Assembly: GCA_965203175.1 (NCBI GenBank)
Contig: OZ241867.1
Span: 5,824,001-5,888,000, forward strand
Reading direction: 5' to 3'
Source: Candidatus Latescibacterota bacterium
Lineage (GTDB): Bacteria > Latescibacterota > UBA2968 > UBA8231
Length of the DNA stretch: 64,000 bases
A model generated the notes under the pieces. The model was not told where the DNA came from. It saw only the letters and a list, made by a program, of their open reading frames with translations, and did no database searches. How positions within the stretch are numbered: the stretch's first letter is position 1; each line of letters starts with the position of its first letter. A program made the position numbers and the translations under genes. This document shows, one piece after another, positions 27,891 to 36,765 of the stretch.

Positions 27891-29669
27891 TTACCGCACA
27901 AAGGCCCTCTTCCCCACAATACCCTCACCCTGCGCAATGTCGTAGCGCGACCCGGCTGCAAGCTGTTCAAGGGCTTCCACCGTCCCATCCGGCCAGCGAA
28001 TCTCCAAGCGGTCGATCTGCTCGGCCGCGCCCAAGCCAACGGTCAGGCTCATCGGACTGTGGCTCAGATAAGAAGATCCCGTACGCACCATGAACACCTG
28101 CTCCTGTTCGCCCACCTGCGCAGTCACCTTCGCGCCAATAGCGTCGCGGTTGGGTGCCTTGCCCGTCAGGTCAAGCTCCACCACGCGGCCGGTCGGTCCC
28201 TCGTTGCGCAATAGATAGGCCGGCCCGCCATTGGTCGTCAGCAACACGTCCAAGTCGCCGTCTGCGTCTATATCGCCGACGGACAGCCCTCGCGCCACCA
28301 CTGGCTTGACAAATGGCCCACCCGTCTGCTCCGACACCTCGATCATCCGCCCCTCGCCGGTATTCCAAAACAACTGCGGTGGTTGACGATACTCGATCTC
28401 CTTCTGCGTCGAGTTGATCTCTGGCTCAATGTGCCCATTGGCCAAGATCAGGTCTTGGTAGCCGTCGAGGTCGTAGTCGAAAAAGCGCAGTCCAAAGGTC
28501 AGCGGCTGCAGCGTCGCCTGCACCAGCCGAGCTTTGCCCGCAGCATCGACAAAGACCTCGCCGCCGGCTTGGCGATAGAGCGAGAGCGCTTCTCGGCTGA
28601 AGTTCCCAATGGCGATGGAAAGCACGCCGTCGTTGGCGACCGAGGTAATATCTACGCCCATCCCCGCTCGCGCCCGTCCGGTCTCGTCATAGCCAATGCC
28701 CGCGGCGAGACCCCGCTCCGCAAAGCGACCCCCACCTAAGTTTTGCAACAGGAAATTGGGCTGAGTGTCGTTGGTGACGACCAAGTCGATGCGGCCATCG
28801 TCTTCAAAGTCGGTCATGGCCACGCCCATGGACTTGCCCTCGGGCAACAACAGACCGGCCTCTTCAGTTATTTCTCGGAAACGGCCCTCACCCAGATTGC
28901 GATAGAGCCTCGGCGTCGAGCCGGGGTACTGCTGTGGCGTGGCGTAGGACTTTCCCTTGCCGTCGAGCGTGGTATATATGTCAGTGCTAGCCGACCAGCG
29001 CACGTAGTTGGTGACCAACAGATCCAGCCAGCCGTCGCCATCCACATCGACCCAAGCCGCGCCCGTGGACCACTCGGGATTCTCATTGCCCGCATCGTCC
29101 CGCCAGACCGCGCCCGCCACGCCCGCTTCTTGCGCCACATCGACAAAGCGGCCCGCGTCGTTGCGCAACAGCAGGTTCGGCCCCAAGGTCGTCAAGTAAA
29201 TATCCGGGTCGCCATCGGCGTCGTAATCGGCAATCGTCGCGCCCATGCCATAGACCGAAAAGTCTAGACCCGCGCGTCCCGTTGCGTCATCAAAAGTGCC
29301 GTTGCCGAGATTGCGATAGAGCTTGCCGGGGGCCTTTTCGCCGCTCCAGCCTTCGCTGTTGACCAAGAGCACGTCCAGCCAGCCGTCGCCATCGTAATCA
29401 AAAAGCGCACAGCCGCTGCCCATGGTTTCCGGCATCCACTTGTCGCCGCGCGCACCAGTCTCGTGCCTGAATTCGAGACCAGCCTCTCGCGTCACATCGA
29501 CAAAGCGCACCGCAGGAGCCTCTTTCCGCCCGCGCCCCACCGCATAGTCGGCAGCCGGTTTGGTGTACTCAGGCTTCGGAGCCGGTTCCGAAGGCTCTTC
29601 CGGGCCGCAGGCGACTAACATCAATGCGCCGACCAAGAGTCGCCAGATCATACTACGAGATGTTGGCAT
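27891..29669 (-). CDS. CRTAC1-family lipoprotein (FG-GAP repeats + ASPIC/UnbV)
   Basis: Lipobox LVAC, F.DVT..AGL, ETMGSG, repeated DxDGD, and C-terminal NRDAIGAKV..GSSYLS..GLG..IRWPDG. Start uncertain (29714, 29669 or 29651). Confidence 0.88.
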   Translation of the reverse strand: MPTSRSMIWRLLVGALMLVACGPEEPSEPAPKPEYTKPAADYAVGRGRKEAPAVRFVDVTREAGLEFRHETGARGDKWMPETMGSGCALFDYDGDGWLDVLLVNSEGWSGEKAPGKLYRNLGNGTFDDATGRAGLDFSVYGMGATIADYDADGDPDIYLTTLGPNLLLRNDAGRFVDVAQEAGVAGAVWRDDAGNENPEWSTGAAWVDVDGDGWLDLLVTNYVRWSASTDIYTTLDGKGKSYATPQQYPGSTPRLYRNLGEGRFREITEEAGLLLPEGKSMGVAMTDFEDDGRIDLVVTNDTQPNFLLQNLGGGRFAERGLAAGIGYDETGRARAGMGVDITSVANDGVLSIAIGNFSREALSLYRQAGGEVFVDAAGKARLVQATLQPLTFGLRFFDYDLDGYQDLILANGHIEPEINSTQKEIEYRQPPQLFWNTGEGRMIEVSEQTGGPFVKPVVARGLSVGDIDADGDLDVLLTTNGGPAYLLRNEGPTGRVVELDLTGKAPNRDAIGAKVTAQVGEQEQVFMVRTGSSYLSHSPMSLTVGLGAAEQIDRLEIRWPDGTVEALEQLAAGSRYDIAQGEGIVGKRAFVR

Positions 29670-29801
29670 AAAATTTGCATCTATTGCGTACTTACTCGTC
29701 ATATCTCTTCCCATTAAGCCTTAGCAGTGTGAAAGGTGTGATACACAGGTGTTTGCTAGAGTAAACGACACGCAAAAAGAATGCAATCGGATTAGCTCGA
29801 C

Positions 29802-30113
29802 ATGAATCGCAGCGAAGCCTACATCGCCGACGAAAAATTGACTTACCTACTGCACGACGAAAGCAAGAACGGTCTATTCGTTCTATTAGGCTATGACGAC
29901 CACAATGTCGAGGACTTACGCAGAGGTCTGCTAATCATCGTCAGGACGCAACTACCTGCCGAACGCATTGCAACTGAGCACGGCACCAAATACATTATCC
30001 TTGGATATATTGACACACCATCATACGGCCTATTTCATCTGCGCACCGTGTGGTTTATCCGCCACGGCGAGACCGCGCTGCGTTTTGTAACGGCCGTTCC
30101 ACAAAGGAGTTAG
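29802..30113 (+). CDS. DUF6883-like protein (putative toxin/nuclease)
   Basis: KL.YLL..K..F..LGY, HGTKY.I.G.I.TP, TVW.I..GE..RFVTA.P pattern. Confidence 0.7.
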   Translation: MNRSEAYIADEKLTYLLHDESKNGLFVLLGYDDHNVEDLRRGLLIIVRTQLPAERIATEHGTKYIILGYIDTPSYGLFHLRTVWFIRHGETALRFVTAVPQRS

Positions 30114-30116
30114 TCC

Positions 30117-30371
30117 ATGAATACCCTAGCCGAACCCCTAGCTGAACCCCTAGCCGAACACCGACGGGCTGTCCTGACAGCCGATCAACCCCAAGCCGAA
30201 CTGATCGTCGGCGATGTCGGGATCGTGGTTTTCATTCACGGCGAAGGGGTCGCTTACGAAGTAGAGTTTCCCAACCGAGCCGTCCTCACCCTAGAGGCCG
30301 ACCAAGTGCGGCCCCTCGGCATGGAAGAAATTCTCCACGTGCGCCCTCAACCACCCTCCCCCAGCGGATGA
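30117..30371 (+). CDS. DUF4926-like protein (putative antitoxin)
   Basis: VL..D.P..L..GDVG.VV..H..AYEVEF..LTL..EILHVR pattern. AAGGAG RBS lies inside the upstream gene end. Confidence 0.78.
   Translation: MNTLAEPLAEPLAEHRRAVLTADQPQAELIVGDVGIVVFIHGEGVAYEVEFPNRAVLTLEADQVRPLGMEEILHVRPQPPSPSG
30123..30159. repeat. 12-bp tandem repeat x3 (CCCTAGCYGAAC) encoding LAEP-LAEP-LAEH
   Basis: Read directly from the sequence. Confidence 0.8.
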
Positions 30372-33211
30372 ACGTGGATTTTGAGCGCCTCGCGGTTGTC
30401 GTGCGGATGCTCTAGCCGATAGCGGCGCGTCAACTCTTGCGCCGACTCGTCAATCTGGTAGTACTGGTAAGCCTGCTCGGCAATGAGAGCCTCGTCCTCG
30501 CGGCCAAGGGCGCGCAGCGAGAGCATCCGGTGGTAGTGAGCGACGCGGTCTTCCGGGTCAATGGCCAGTACGCCGTCGAGGGCCTCTAAAGCCTCCTCAA
30601 AGCGGCCATCGAGGTAGAGCACCCGGCCCAAATTCCGCCACGTAGCACGATCCTCGGGAAAGTCGCGCAACACTCGGCGATACGCCTGCGCCGCAGCCTC
30701 GTAACGGCCATCCTCCTGCAACACCACGCCCCACACCCAAGCCGTCTGCCCATCGCCGCTAACTAACGCCTCGCAGTCCTCCAAATGCTCGTACGCTCGC
30801 TCCAAGTGCCCATCGCGCACGGCAACCTTGGCCAAGTTGCGGCAACCGTCCAAGCGCTCCGGCGCTAGCTGTTCCACCGTCGCAAAAGCCCGTGCAGCAC
30901 CCTGGGTGTCGTCTTGAAGCAGCAAGCCGATGCCATAGTCGTTGAAGCGCATCCAGTCGCCCGCATCTGGCACACCCTGCGCGGACGGCCCTCCCACTAC
31001 CAACGCCACCTCGCTGCGGGCGATCTCAGTTACCGGCAAATCCGGCACTTGGTCGAAGCGGCGGAAACCCTCGCGGTTGTTGTTAAAGGCAAATTCCGTA
31101 TAGGCGCGGTCGAACTTGCGCCACAACAGCCGCGCCCGCAGCGTCAGCTTACGCCCCGCGTAGTCCTCGGGCACCTCGAAGCTGTAGTGGGCTACATCCG
31201 CCGTACCGGGACCAATAGTGCGCACGTACACAGCCGTGACGATGTCCTGCGCATTGCGCCGGTGGATAGCTTGGCCTTTTGCATCGACCATCAGCGCCTT
31301 GTAAAAGTGCGCCCCTGGATCGACGTGCCCGTCGTCTTGCACCGCCCCGTTCAAAGCCAGCACCGCATCGTCGTCACCTACCACCGATACCTCTAGCCAG
31401 CCTTCGTTGGAATCGTTAGTCCCACCCGGGAAAGTGTGCCCGACGCCCTTGTTGCGCACCACCACATCGAATGTGTACTCGCCACCGGGCACCAGCGCCG
31501 GTTGACTCTTGTCCAGCGCGTAGTGCGCTTCTTCTTGGTGGTGCAGTGAGAACACATCGACGCTGAGTTTTTCGTCTTGCAGAAATTCCTCGATCCGCGC
31601 AATGGTCTCCTCGTCGCCGCGGATGAAGGGCAGGGCCGTGTTGACCGCCAAAAAGCGGTGCGACTTGACGTACCCATCCCGCGCCGACACGTCGCCCGCA
31701 ACCGCTTCCTCCAGCGGCATGTGGCAATCCTGGCAAACCCGCTTAACAGCAGGCAAATAGAAGGTCCTAGCGGCGTTGAGCGCCACGCCGCTGTCGTGCC
31801 AATTGTCGAACTCGTTTTGGCCGCGCAGCCAGCGGTAGCCATTGACGCGCGAGTCGAGACTGACCTTGTGGCAGGTGGCGCAAAACTCAGAAGTGCGAAA
31901 GAAGGGCTTGAGCATCTGCTTCTTGTGTACAATGGGCCTCGCCTTCAGCGCCGTGTCGTGCACGAAGCGGCCAACGCCTTCTTTGGCCTCGGCGAACAGA
32001 TAGGGATCCTCCTGTTCGTCGGCGATGTTGTAGTTGCCGTTGCCGGTCTGATCGTGAATCTCGTCGATGGCGTGGCAGCCCAGGCAGGTCAGCCCGGCTT
32101 GGGCTTGGGGCGAGGCGCGGTCGATCTCTTCGGTCATTTTGCCCGCCAGCATCAACGCCGGATCGTGACAACCCGAGCACCACTTGGACTTGACTTTGGC
32201 CTCCTCGCCCGCCAAGTCCTTGTAATAGGCGATGTGCGCGTCAACCTCTACATTGCTCTCGGTCGAGTTGCTGCGCATGTGGTTGATCGTCGCCTCGTAG
32301 AAGGGGTTGTTGAACGAAGCAAAGCGGTGCGCTGACGTCGCCCACTGTTCGACGATTGCCGCGTGACAGCGGGCGCAAGTCTCCGAACCAATCGGCTCGT
32401 TGACCACAAAGCCATACTCGTCCATGTCGCCAGCGAGTTTCTCCGGCTGCGAGAGATCGCCGCGCGTGATGATCCGCGAGGGCAGCACATCGCCAGTCGT
32501 AGTCGTAGTAGCCGCTGGAAAAAAGGGGCTTTCAGCCGGCACAAAATTGGCGGGGACAAACTCGTCAGGCGCAAAGTCAGCGACCTCCCGCGCCTTGGAA
32601 CCCGGCCCAGTGTGCTTGCCAGCGGCAAATGCCTCCTCGGCCGCCTGCGTGTACTGCTCGCCGCTATAACTCAACCCGTGTAGCACCACGGCTAGCGCCA
32701 ACAGCCCGACCACTGCTACGGGCACAATGCGATAGCTCCGCGCAGAGGGCTTCCACAGTGAGAGGCGACGGTGAGCCAAGTAAAAGAGAGGAATCAAAAC
32801 CGCCGCGGCCACGTGGCTCCAGTATGCCACCGGGTTGCCGCGATTGCTCGCCGCGCTGAGGATGAACAGCCCGCTGATGGCCAGTACAATGCCCAGCGTC
32901 AGCGTGGCGATGCCGGTGAGGATGGCCCGCTTGCGGCTCTTGCGCCATACCGCCGGTAGGTGCCAAGCCACAAAGCCCATCGCCAGGACCACCAGCACCA
33001 GACCGACGCCCGTATGCGACAGCACCATGCCTTGGTAAAACTTGGGCAGGGAAATGTCGGTGACGGCGAAGTAGGCGAAATCGAGAGCGTCGGCCAGCCG
33101 ATTGGTCAGCAAATAGAGCGTGTCGGCGACCATGAAGACGCCCAAGGCCACCACAGCTAGCAAGGTCCGTTGCTGGCGAGTACTCAGGCGACTCGGGGTT
33201 TTCTTTTGCAT
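30347..33211 (-). CDS. Membrane-anchored pentaheme c-type cytochrome (c554/c552-like) with C-terminal TPRs
   Basis: Five CxxCH motifs (CARCH, CSGCH, CLGCH, CATCH, CQDCH), five N-terminal TM segments, GH.FPGG, and TPR helices at the C-terminus. Confidence 0.88.
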   Translation of the reverse strand: MQKKTPSRLSTRQQRTLLAVVALGVFMVADTLYLLTNRLADALDFAYFAVTDISLPKFYQGMVLSHTGVGLVLVVLAMGFVAWHLPAVWRKSRKRAILTGIATLTLGIVLAISGLFILSAASNRGNPVAYWSHVAAAVLIPLFYLAHRRLSLWKPSARSYRIVPVAVVGLLALAVVLHGLSYSGEQYTQAAEEAFAAGKHTGPGSKAREVADFAPDEFVPANFVPAESPFFPAATTTTTGDVLPSRIITRGDLSQPEKLAGDMDEYGFVVNEPIGSETCARCHAAIVEQWATSAHRFASFNNPFYEATINHMRSNSTESNVEVDAHIAYYKDLAGEEAKVKSKWCSGCHDPALMLAGKMTEEIDRASPQAQAGLTCLGCHAIDEIHDQTGNGNYNIADEQEDPYLFAEAKEGVGRFVHDTALKARPIVHKKQMLKPFFRTSEFCATCHKVSLDSRVNGYRWLRGQNEFDNWHDSGVALNAARTFYLPAVKRVCQDCHMPLEEAVAGDVSARDGYVKSHRFLAVNTALPFIRGDEETIARIEEFLQDEKLSVDVFSLHHQEEAHYALDKSQPALVPGGEYTFDVVVRNKGVGHTFPGGTNDSNEGWLEVSVVGDDDAVLALNGAVQDDGHVDPGAHFYKALMVDAKGQAIHRRNAQDIVTAVYVRTIGPGTADVAHYSFEVPEDYAGRKLTLRARLLWRKFDRAYTEFAFNNNREGFRRFDQVPDLPVTEIARSEVALVVGGPSAQGVPDAGDWMRFNDYGIGLLLQDDTQGAARAFATVEQLAPERLDGCRNLAKVAVRDGHLERAYEHLEDCEALVSGDGQTAWVWGVVLQEDGRYEAAAQAYRRVLRDFPEDRATWRNLGRVLYLDGRFEEALEALDGVLAIDPEDRVAHYHRMLSLRALGREDEALIAEQAYQYYQIDESAQELTRRYRLEHPHDNREALKIHVHPLGEGG

Positions 33212-33316
33212 GGCTTAGCTGGGCAGAGCGCACATGGCCGGCGGGATTACCGGGTTTCCTCCCTTAAAGATAGGAGGTACGCGCGATCTCTGGTAGACTG
33301 CGACCGGCGGGGATGC

Positions 33317-34033
33317 TTATGCCCACTGCCCTTGTAGCCAGCCAACGACCTTTTCGACCATGACCTGCGCGTGCTCGCTAAAGACGTGATCGGCCCCGTC
33401 GATGACGACGAGTTCGCCGTTGTCCCTCGCTCGGGCGAGAATATCGTGCGAGTCATCAATCGGTACCACGTCGTCCTCGCTGCCGTGTACCAACAGCCAA
33501 GGCACTACAATCTCGGCCCCGCGTCGCACCACGGTGTCGATCTGGGCCATGTCGTCCATGTAGGCTTGCGAGAGCGGGCAGTCTGGCTCATCCCACATGC
33601 ATCCCTCGTCGGGCACCTCCTCGCCAAACTCGCGCTCGGCAAAGGCGTGCGTATGCACCATGCCCGCCAGGGAGACGAGCAGGCGAATGCGCTCGTCGCG
33701 GCTCAAGACGCCGACTGCTCCCCCCATGCTGTGGCCGACATAGCAGACCGAATAGCCGTCTAAAGCGTCGAGCACCGCGCCGAGATCTTCAACTTCTTTG
33801 GAGATCGTCGCGTCGGCAAAGCGGCCCTCGGACGCGCCATTGCCGGCAAAGGAAAAGCGCAACGCGTGGATGCCAGCGGCCGCTAATCTCTCGGCGAGCG
33901 CTACGACAAAGGGGCGGTCCTTGTTGCCGGTCACGCCGTGCCCCAAGACGGCGATGTGCCGCGATCCCTCCGTGCCGGCGTGAAACGTGTAGTCCAGCAT
34001 TTCGCCAGACGGGTTGCGAATGGTTCCGAACAT
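33317..34033 (-). CDS. Alpha/beta hydrolase
   Basis: HG..G.K, GNGASEG, nucleophile GHSMGG, HGSEDDVVP and ADHVF motifs. Confidence 0.9.
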   Translation of the reverse strand: MFGTIRNPSGEMLDYTFHAGTEGSRHIAVLGHGVTGNKDRPFVVALAERLAAAGIHALRFSFAGNGASEGRFADATISKEVEDLGAVLDALDGYSVCYVGHSMGGAVGVLSRDERIRLLVSLAGMVHTHAFAEREFGEEVPDEGCMWDEPDCPLSQAYMDDMAQIDTVVRRGAEIVVPWLLVHGSEDDVVPIDDSHDILARARDNGELVVIDGADHVFSEHAQVMVEKVVGWLQGQWA

Positions 34034-34176
34034 GGGGTTCATCCTTCTCATTTTGGTGTTCGATCTGTACGTCGTTAGGCTGTCTGCGCTTGAGAACATC
34101 CTCCGCCAGTGTTCTCCTTATCCACATGGCTAGCGAATCGCTGCTTGGATTACTGTTTGGGGCAATAGATTATAGT

Positions 34177-35268
34177 TTACTCGACTAAGTCGCCGAGACC
34201 ACAGGCCGAACCAAAGGTTTCTATCTTCCATCGCCCCTGCGAGCCGAGCGGGTGCCGCAGCCGAATCGCGCCTGGTGACATCGCTAGCTGTCGAAGTTCG
34301 ATGCCGGTACTGCGAATGGTTCGGTCAACCATACTATGCCTGCGCACTTGGGATGGTGCGGACAAACCGGTGCTCGCCGTTGCATAGGCGTTTGTTGTGT
34401 GTGCGAGAATACGCCGCACATCGCGTTGGCTCGGCAGTACATGGCCTCCCCTACACCATGGTGCCAGCACCGCGACGGGATTGGATTCCAGCATCCGGTT
34501 CCACACATCCGGTTCATCGGCGTTTTCCGATCCATGGTGCGGAACCTTGAATACTGACGCCTTGTCGGTTGGCCGCTCCTCACTCTGCAGAATTTCTACC
34601 CAACCGCGCTTTTCCAGATCCGAACCGAGTAGCACCGCAATATCATCAACGCCGATCCAGAGCACGACTGACATATCGTTGGGAGTAACATATGGAATCC
34701 GTGTCTTTGTCCGATTCTCTCTGGGGAACAGATTGCCAATAGATTGCAGGAAGTTCCAAAAAGCGACGTCACTAGGCGACAATGACCAGACCTCACAATT
34801 GCCCCAAGCATGGATACGTCGGTTGGCCGCAGCAAACGTGAGGCGCGACGCCTTGGACTCAAGCCAAGTGAATACGCGGTGTATCTCTCGAACTCCTGAA
34901 CCGGCCTCGGAGAGGTGGCGACTTTCCAAAGCACCAACGGCCGCGAGAAATTCATTGTTGAGGAGAGCATTGGCACAACAGAAATCGGCCTTGCTGCAGA
35001 CTTCCACTAGCCTCGTCATCCCGCATATGTGATCGTCGTGCCAGTGAGTCGCCACAACCAGATCGACCACTTGCGCCGGATCGACGCCGATGCTTTCGAG
35101 ATACTCTAAGGCACGTGGGTTTCCTTCGGCGTTGACACAGGAATCAACTATCACCCAACCACCGGAACCTATATGTAGGACGATGCTCTCGCCGTAGCCG
35201 GGGCCGAACAACACGACCTCAAACTCATCCTCGTCTGGCGGGATTCCCGCCTCCCCAGCTTCTGTCAC
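34177..35268 (-). CDS. MBL-fold metallohydrolase (ComEC/Rec2-like, putative nuclease)
   Basis: GPGYGESIV, VDSC, HxHxDH (THWHDDH), N..S, LLGSDLE and KVPHHGS motifs. GTG start overlaps the upstream TGA. Confidence 0.85.
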   Translation of the reverse strand: MTEAGEAGIPPDEDEFEVVLFGPGYGESIVLHIGSGGWVIVDSCVNAEGNPRALEYLESIGVDPAQVVDLVVATHWHDDHICGMTRLVEVCSKADFCCANALLNNEFLAAVGALESRHLSEAGSGVREIHRVFTWLESKASRLTFAAANRRIHAWGNCEVWSLSPSDVAFWNFLQSIGNLFPRENRTKTRIPYVTPNDMSVVLWIGVDDIAVLLGSDLEKRGWVEILQSEERPTDKASVFKVPHHGSENADEPDVWNRMLESNPVAVLAPWCRGGHVLPSQRDVRRILAHTTNAYATASTGLSAPSQVRRHSMVDRTIRSTGIELRQLAMSPGAIRLRHPLGSQGRWKIETFGSACGLGDLVE

Positions 35269-35879
35269 TGCTCGAAAGCCGCCATGATTTTACGAGCCCA
35301 TTCCTCGCCATCCCGAAGGTCAGTCTTGGTAATCGCCGGAAGATCGCGAAACACGATATAGGAAACACTCTTTTTCGCTCCCGCCGTGCGCTCGTAGCCG
35401 ATCACCCAGCGGAAGATGCTTCCGACCTGCAATTTGGCAGCATCGTCTTCTAATATTTCATCTAGGGGGATATTCGCTTCTTCCCCCGCATAGGTCGCCT
35501 TTGCCGTCAGGTCGGTCAGTCTTGCAGTGAATTCCGTGTCGTTTATCTCAGTGACATATCCTTCCCACTCTTGTAGGGCATGGAGTGTCACAGACGGGGA
35601 TGGGCTTACTGGAAGCTCCGGTAGTTTCACAATCCAGGAGAAAACATCGCTGTCCTGTTCATGGTCGGCGAACGCTGGCAAGGTCTCCTCTTCCATATCT
35701 TGGTCCTGGTCGTGCACAATTGTTGTCGGAGAGTCCGTTCCCTGCTCTAACGCCAAGGTGATAGCTTGGTCCGCATTCTGAACGAGGGGCTCCTGCTGCA
35801 CAGCATTCTCACCGAAATCGCTGAGCTTTTCATGCGGATTGGCATGTTGTACCGCTGTGGATTGAACCGCCTGCAACAT
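35265..35879 (-). CDS. Hypothetical protein with acidic disordered N-terminus and C-terminal QEWEG beta-rich (OB-like) domain
   Basis: LQEWEGYVTEI..FTARLTDL..EA.I..GSIFRWVIGY. Starts 3 nt after the upstream stop. Confidence 0.7.
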   Translation of the reverse strand: MLQAVQSTAVQHANPHEKLSDFGENAVQQEPLVQNADQAITLALEQGTDSPTTIVHDQDQDMEEETLPAFADHEQDSDVFSWIVKLPELPVSPSPSVTLHALQEWEGYVTEINDTEFTARLTDLTAKATYAGEEANIPLDEILEDDAAKLQVGSIFRWVIGYERTAGAKKSVSYIVFRDLPAITKTDLRDGEEWARKIMAAFEQ

Positions 35880-35882
35880 GAA

Positions 35883-36605
35883 CTAGTCCTCCTTTGTCTT
35901 TGCTAAGGACATAATGTGATCAATGATACCGTTGCTACGCTCAAGTGACGTATCGAAGTTGTCATCGAAAAGCTCCATCAAGCGCTCGGCAGTTTCCAAC
36001 TCGGCATTGTCGATGGCATAGTGATCGTTGACTCCTACATAAACTCCAGTTTGCCTATTTCTAATCCGGTAAGACGGTTCCACCGTAACGTTGATTTGAC
36101 CTCCCGTTGGCCTTCCATCGGGGGCGAGTTGCGACATCGTCAGCGACTTCATCCCGCCATGCCTGCCATCTAGATCGAGGTCACGCCCCCAAGTCCCCCA
36201 CGGTTCCACTGGTGCCAGCGTTCTGCCAATTCGATCCCGTTCGGCCAAACTTTCCACCCGAAAATGAACGTCGCGATTGATTCCGAACGCCCTGAGGGGC
36301 GTATGATGCAGGTACTCCTTGAATATCCGTACGACGAGGTCTCGCAGGCGAACGTGAGGTGCCTGCAATGTTTCGACGAAAAATTTATCAACCTGGACCT
36401 GCAGGCGAAGCCAGCCAGCGACAAAGTTAGTCACCTGCGGATTAGCAATATGTAATTCCGCGCTGTCTGCGACACTCTCCGGCAGAAGACCGTGCAGCGC
36501 AAACCAAGCCGGCGTGAAGATCGCCGGGTTGAAATCCCCGAGCAAGACGACACTCACGCCGCTGATCTCCGGCTCGATCCTCATGTTATCTATCCTCTTC
36601 GACAT
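35883..36605 (-). CDS. Hypothetical protein, TIGR04255-like
   Basis: SVVLLGDFNPAIFTPAWF, HTPLRAFGIN and N.HY pattern. Start may be 36584 (AGAGGA RBS). Confidence 0.65.
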   Translation of the reverse strand: MSKRIDNMRIEPEISGVSVVLLGDFNPAIFTPAWFALHGLLPESVADSAELHIANPQVTNFVAGWLRLQVQVDKFFVETLQAPHVRLRDLVVRIFKEYLHHTPLRAFGINRDVHFRVESLAERDRIGRTLAPVEPWGTWGRDLDLDGRHGGMKSLTMSQLAPDGRPTGGQINVTVEPSYRIRNRQTGVYVGVNDHYAIDNAELETAERLMELFDDNFDTSLERSNGIIDHIMSLAKTKED

Positions 36606-36765
36606 AGCTGGTGTCGTGCACGGTCATGTCACGAATCCAGCTTCACGAGATAATCTGTCCTATCTGCGCCGCCGTCAAGAGTACGCGTAGCGTCATCAGC
36701 ATCCGGTGGGCATGTCTGCGATGTATCGCTAGTAGGCGGATAGACCTCGAATATCGTTGGTGTAT

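Noticed and set aside
30123-30159. Short tandem repeat as a phase-variation or CRISPR-like element
   Set aside because: The unit is 12 bp (in frame), has no spacers and only alters the N-terminal length.
34177-35268. Competence protein ComEC or resistance metallo-beta-lactamase
   Set aside because: Lacks the ComEC membrane domain and a signal peptide, and its context is a foreign three-gene cassette.
34100-36765. Terminal repeats around the MBL cassette
   Set aside because: Only a 7-bp inverted match (CTAGCGA/TCGCTAG) was found, which is not significant.
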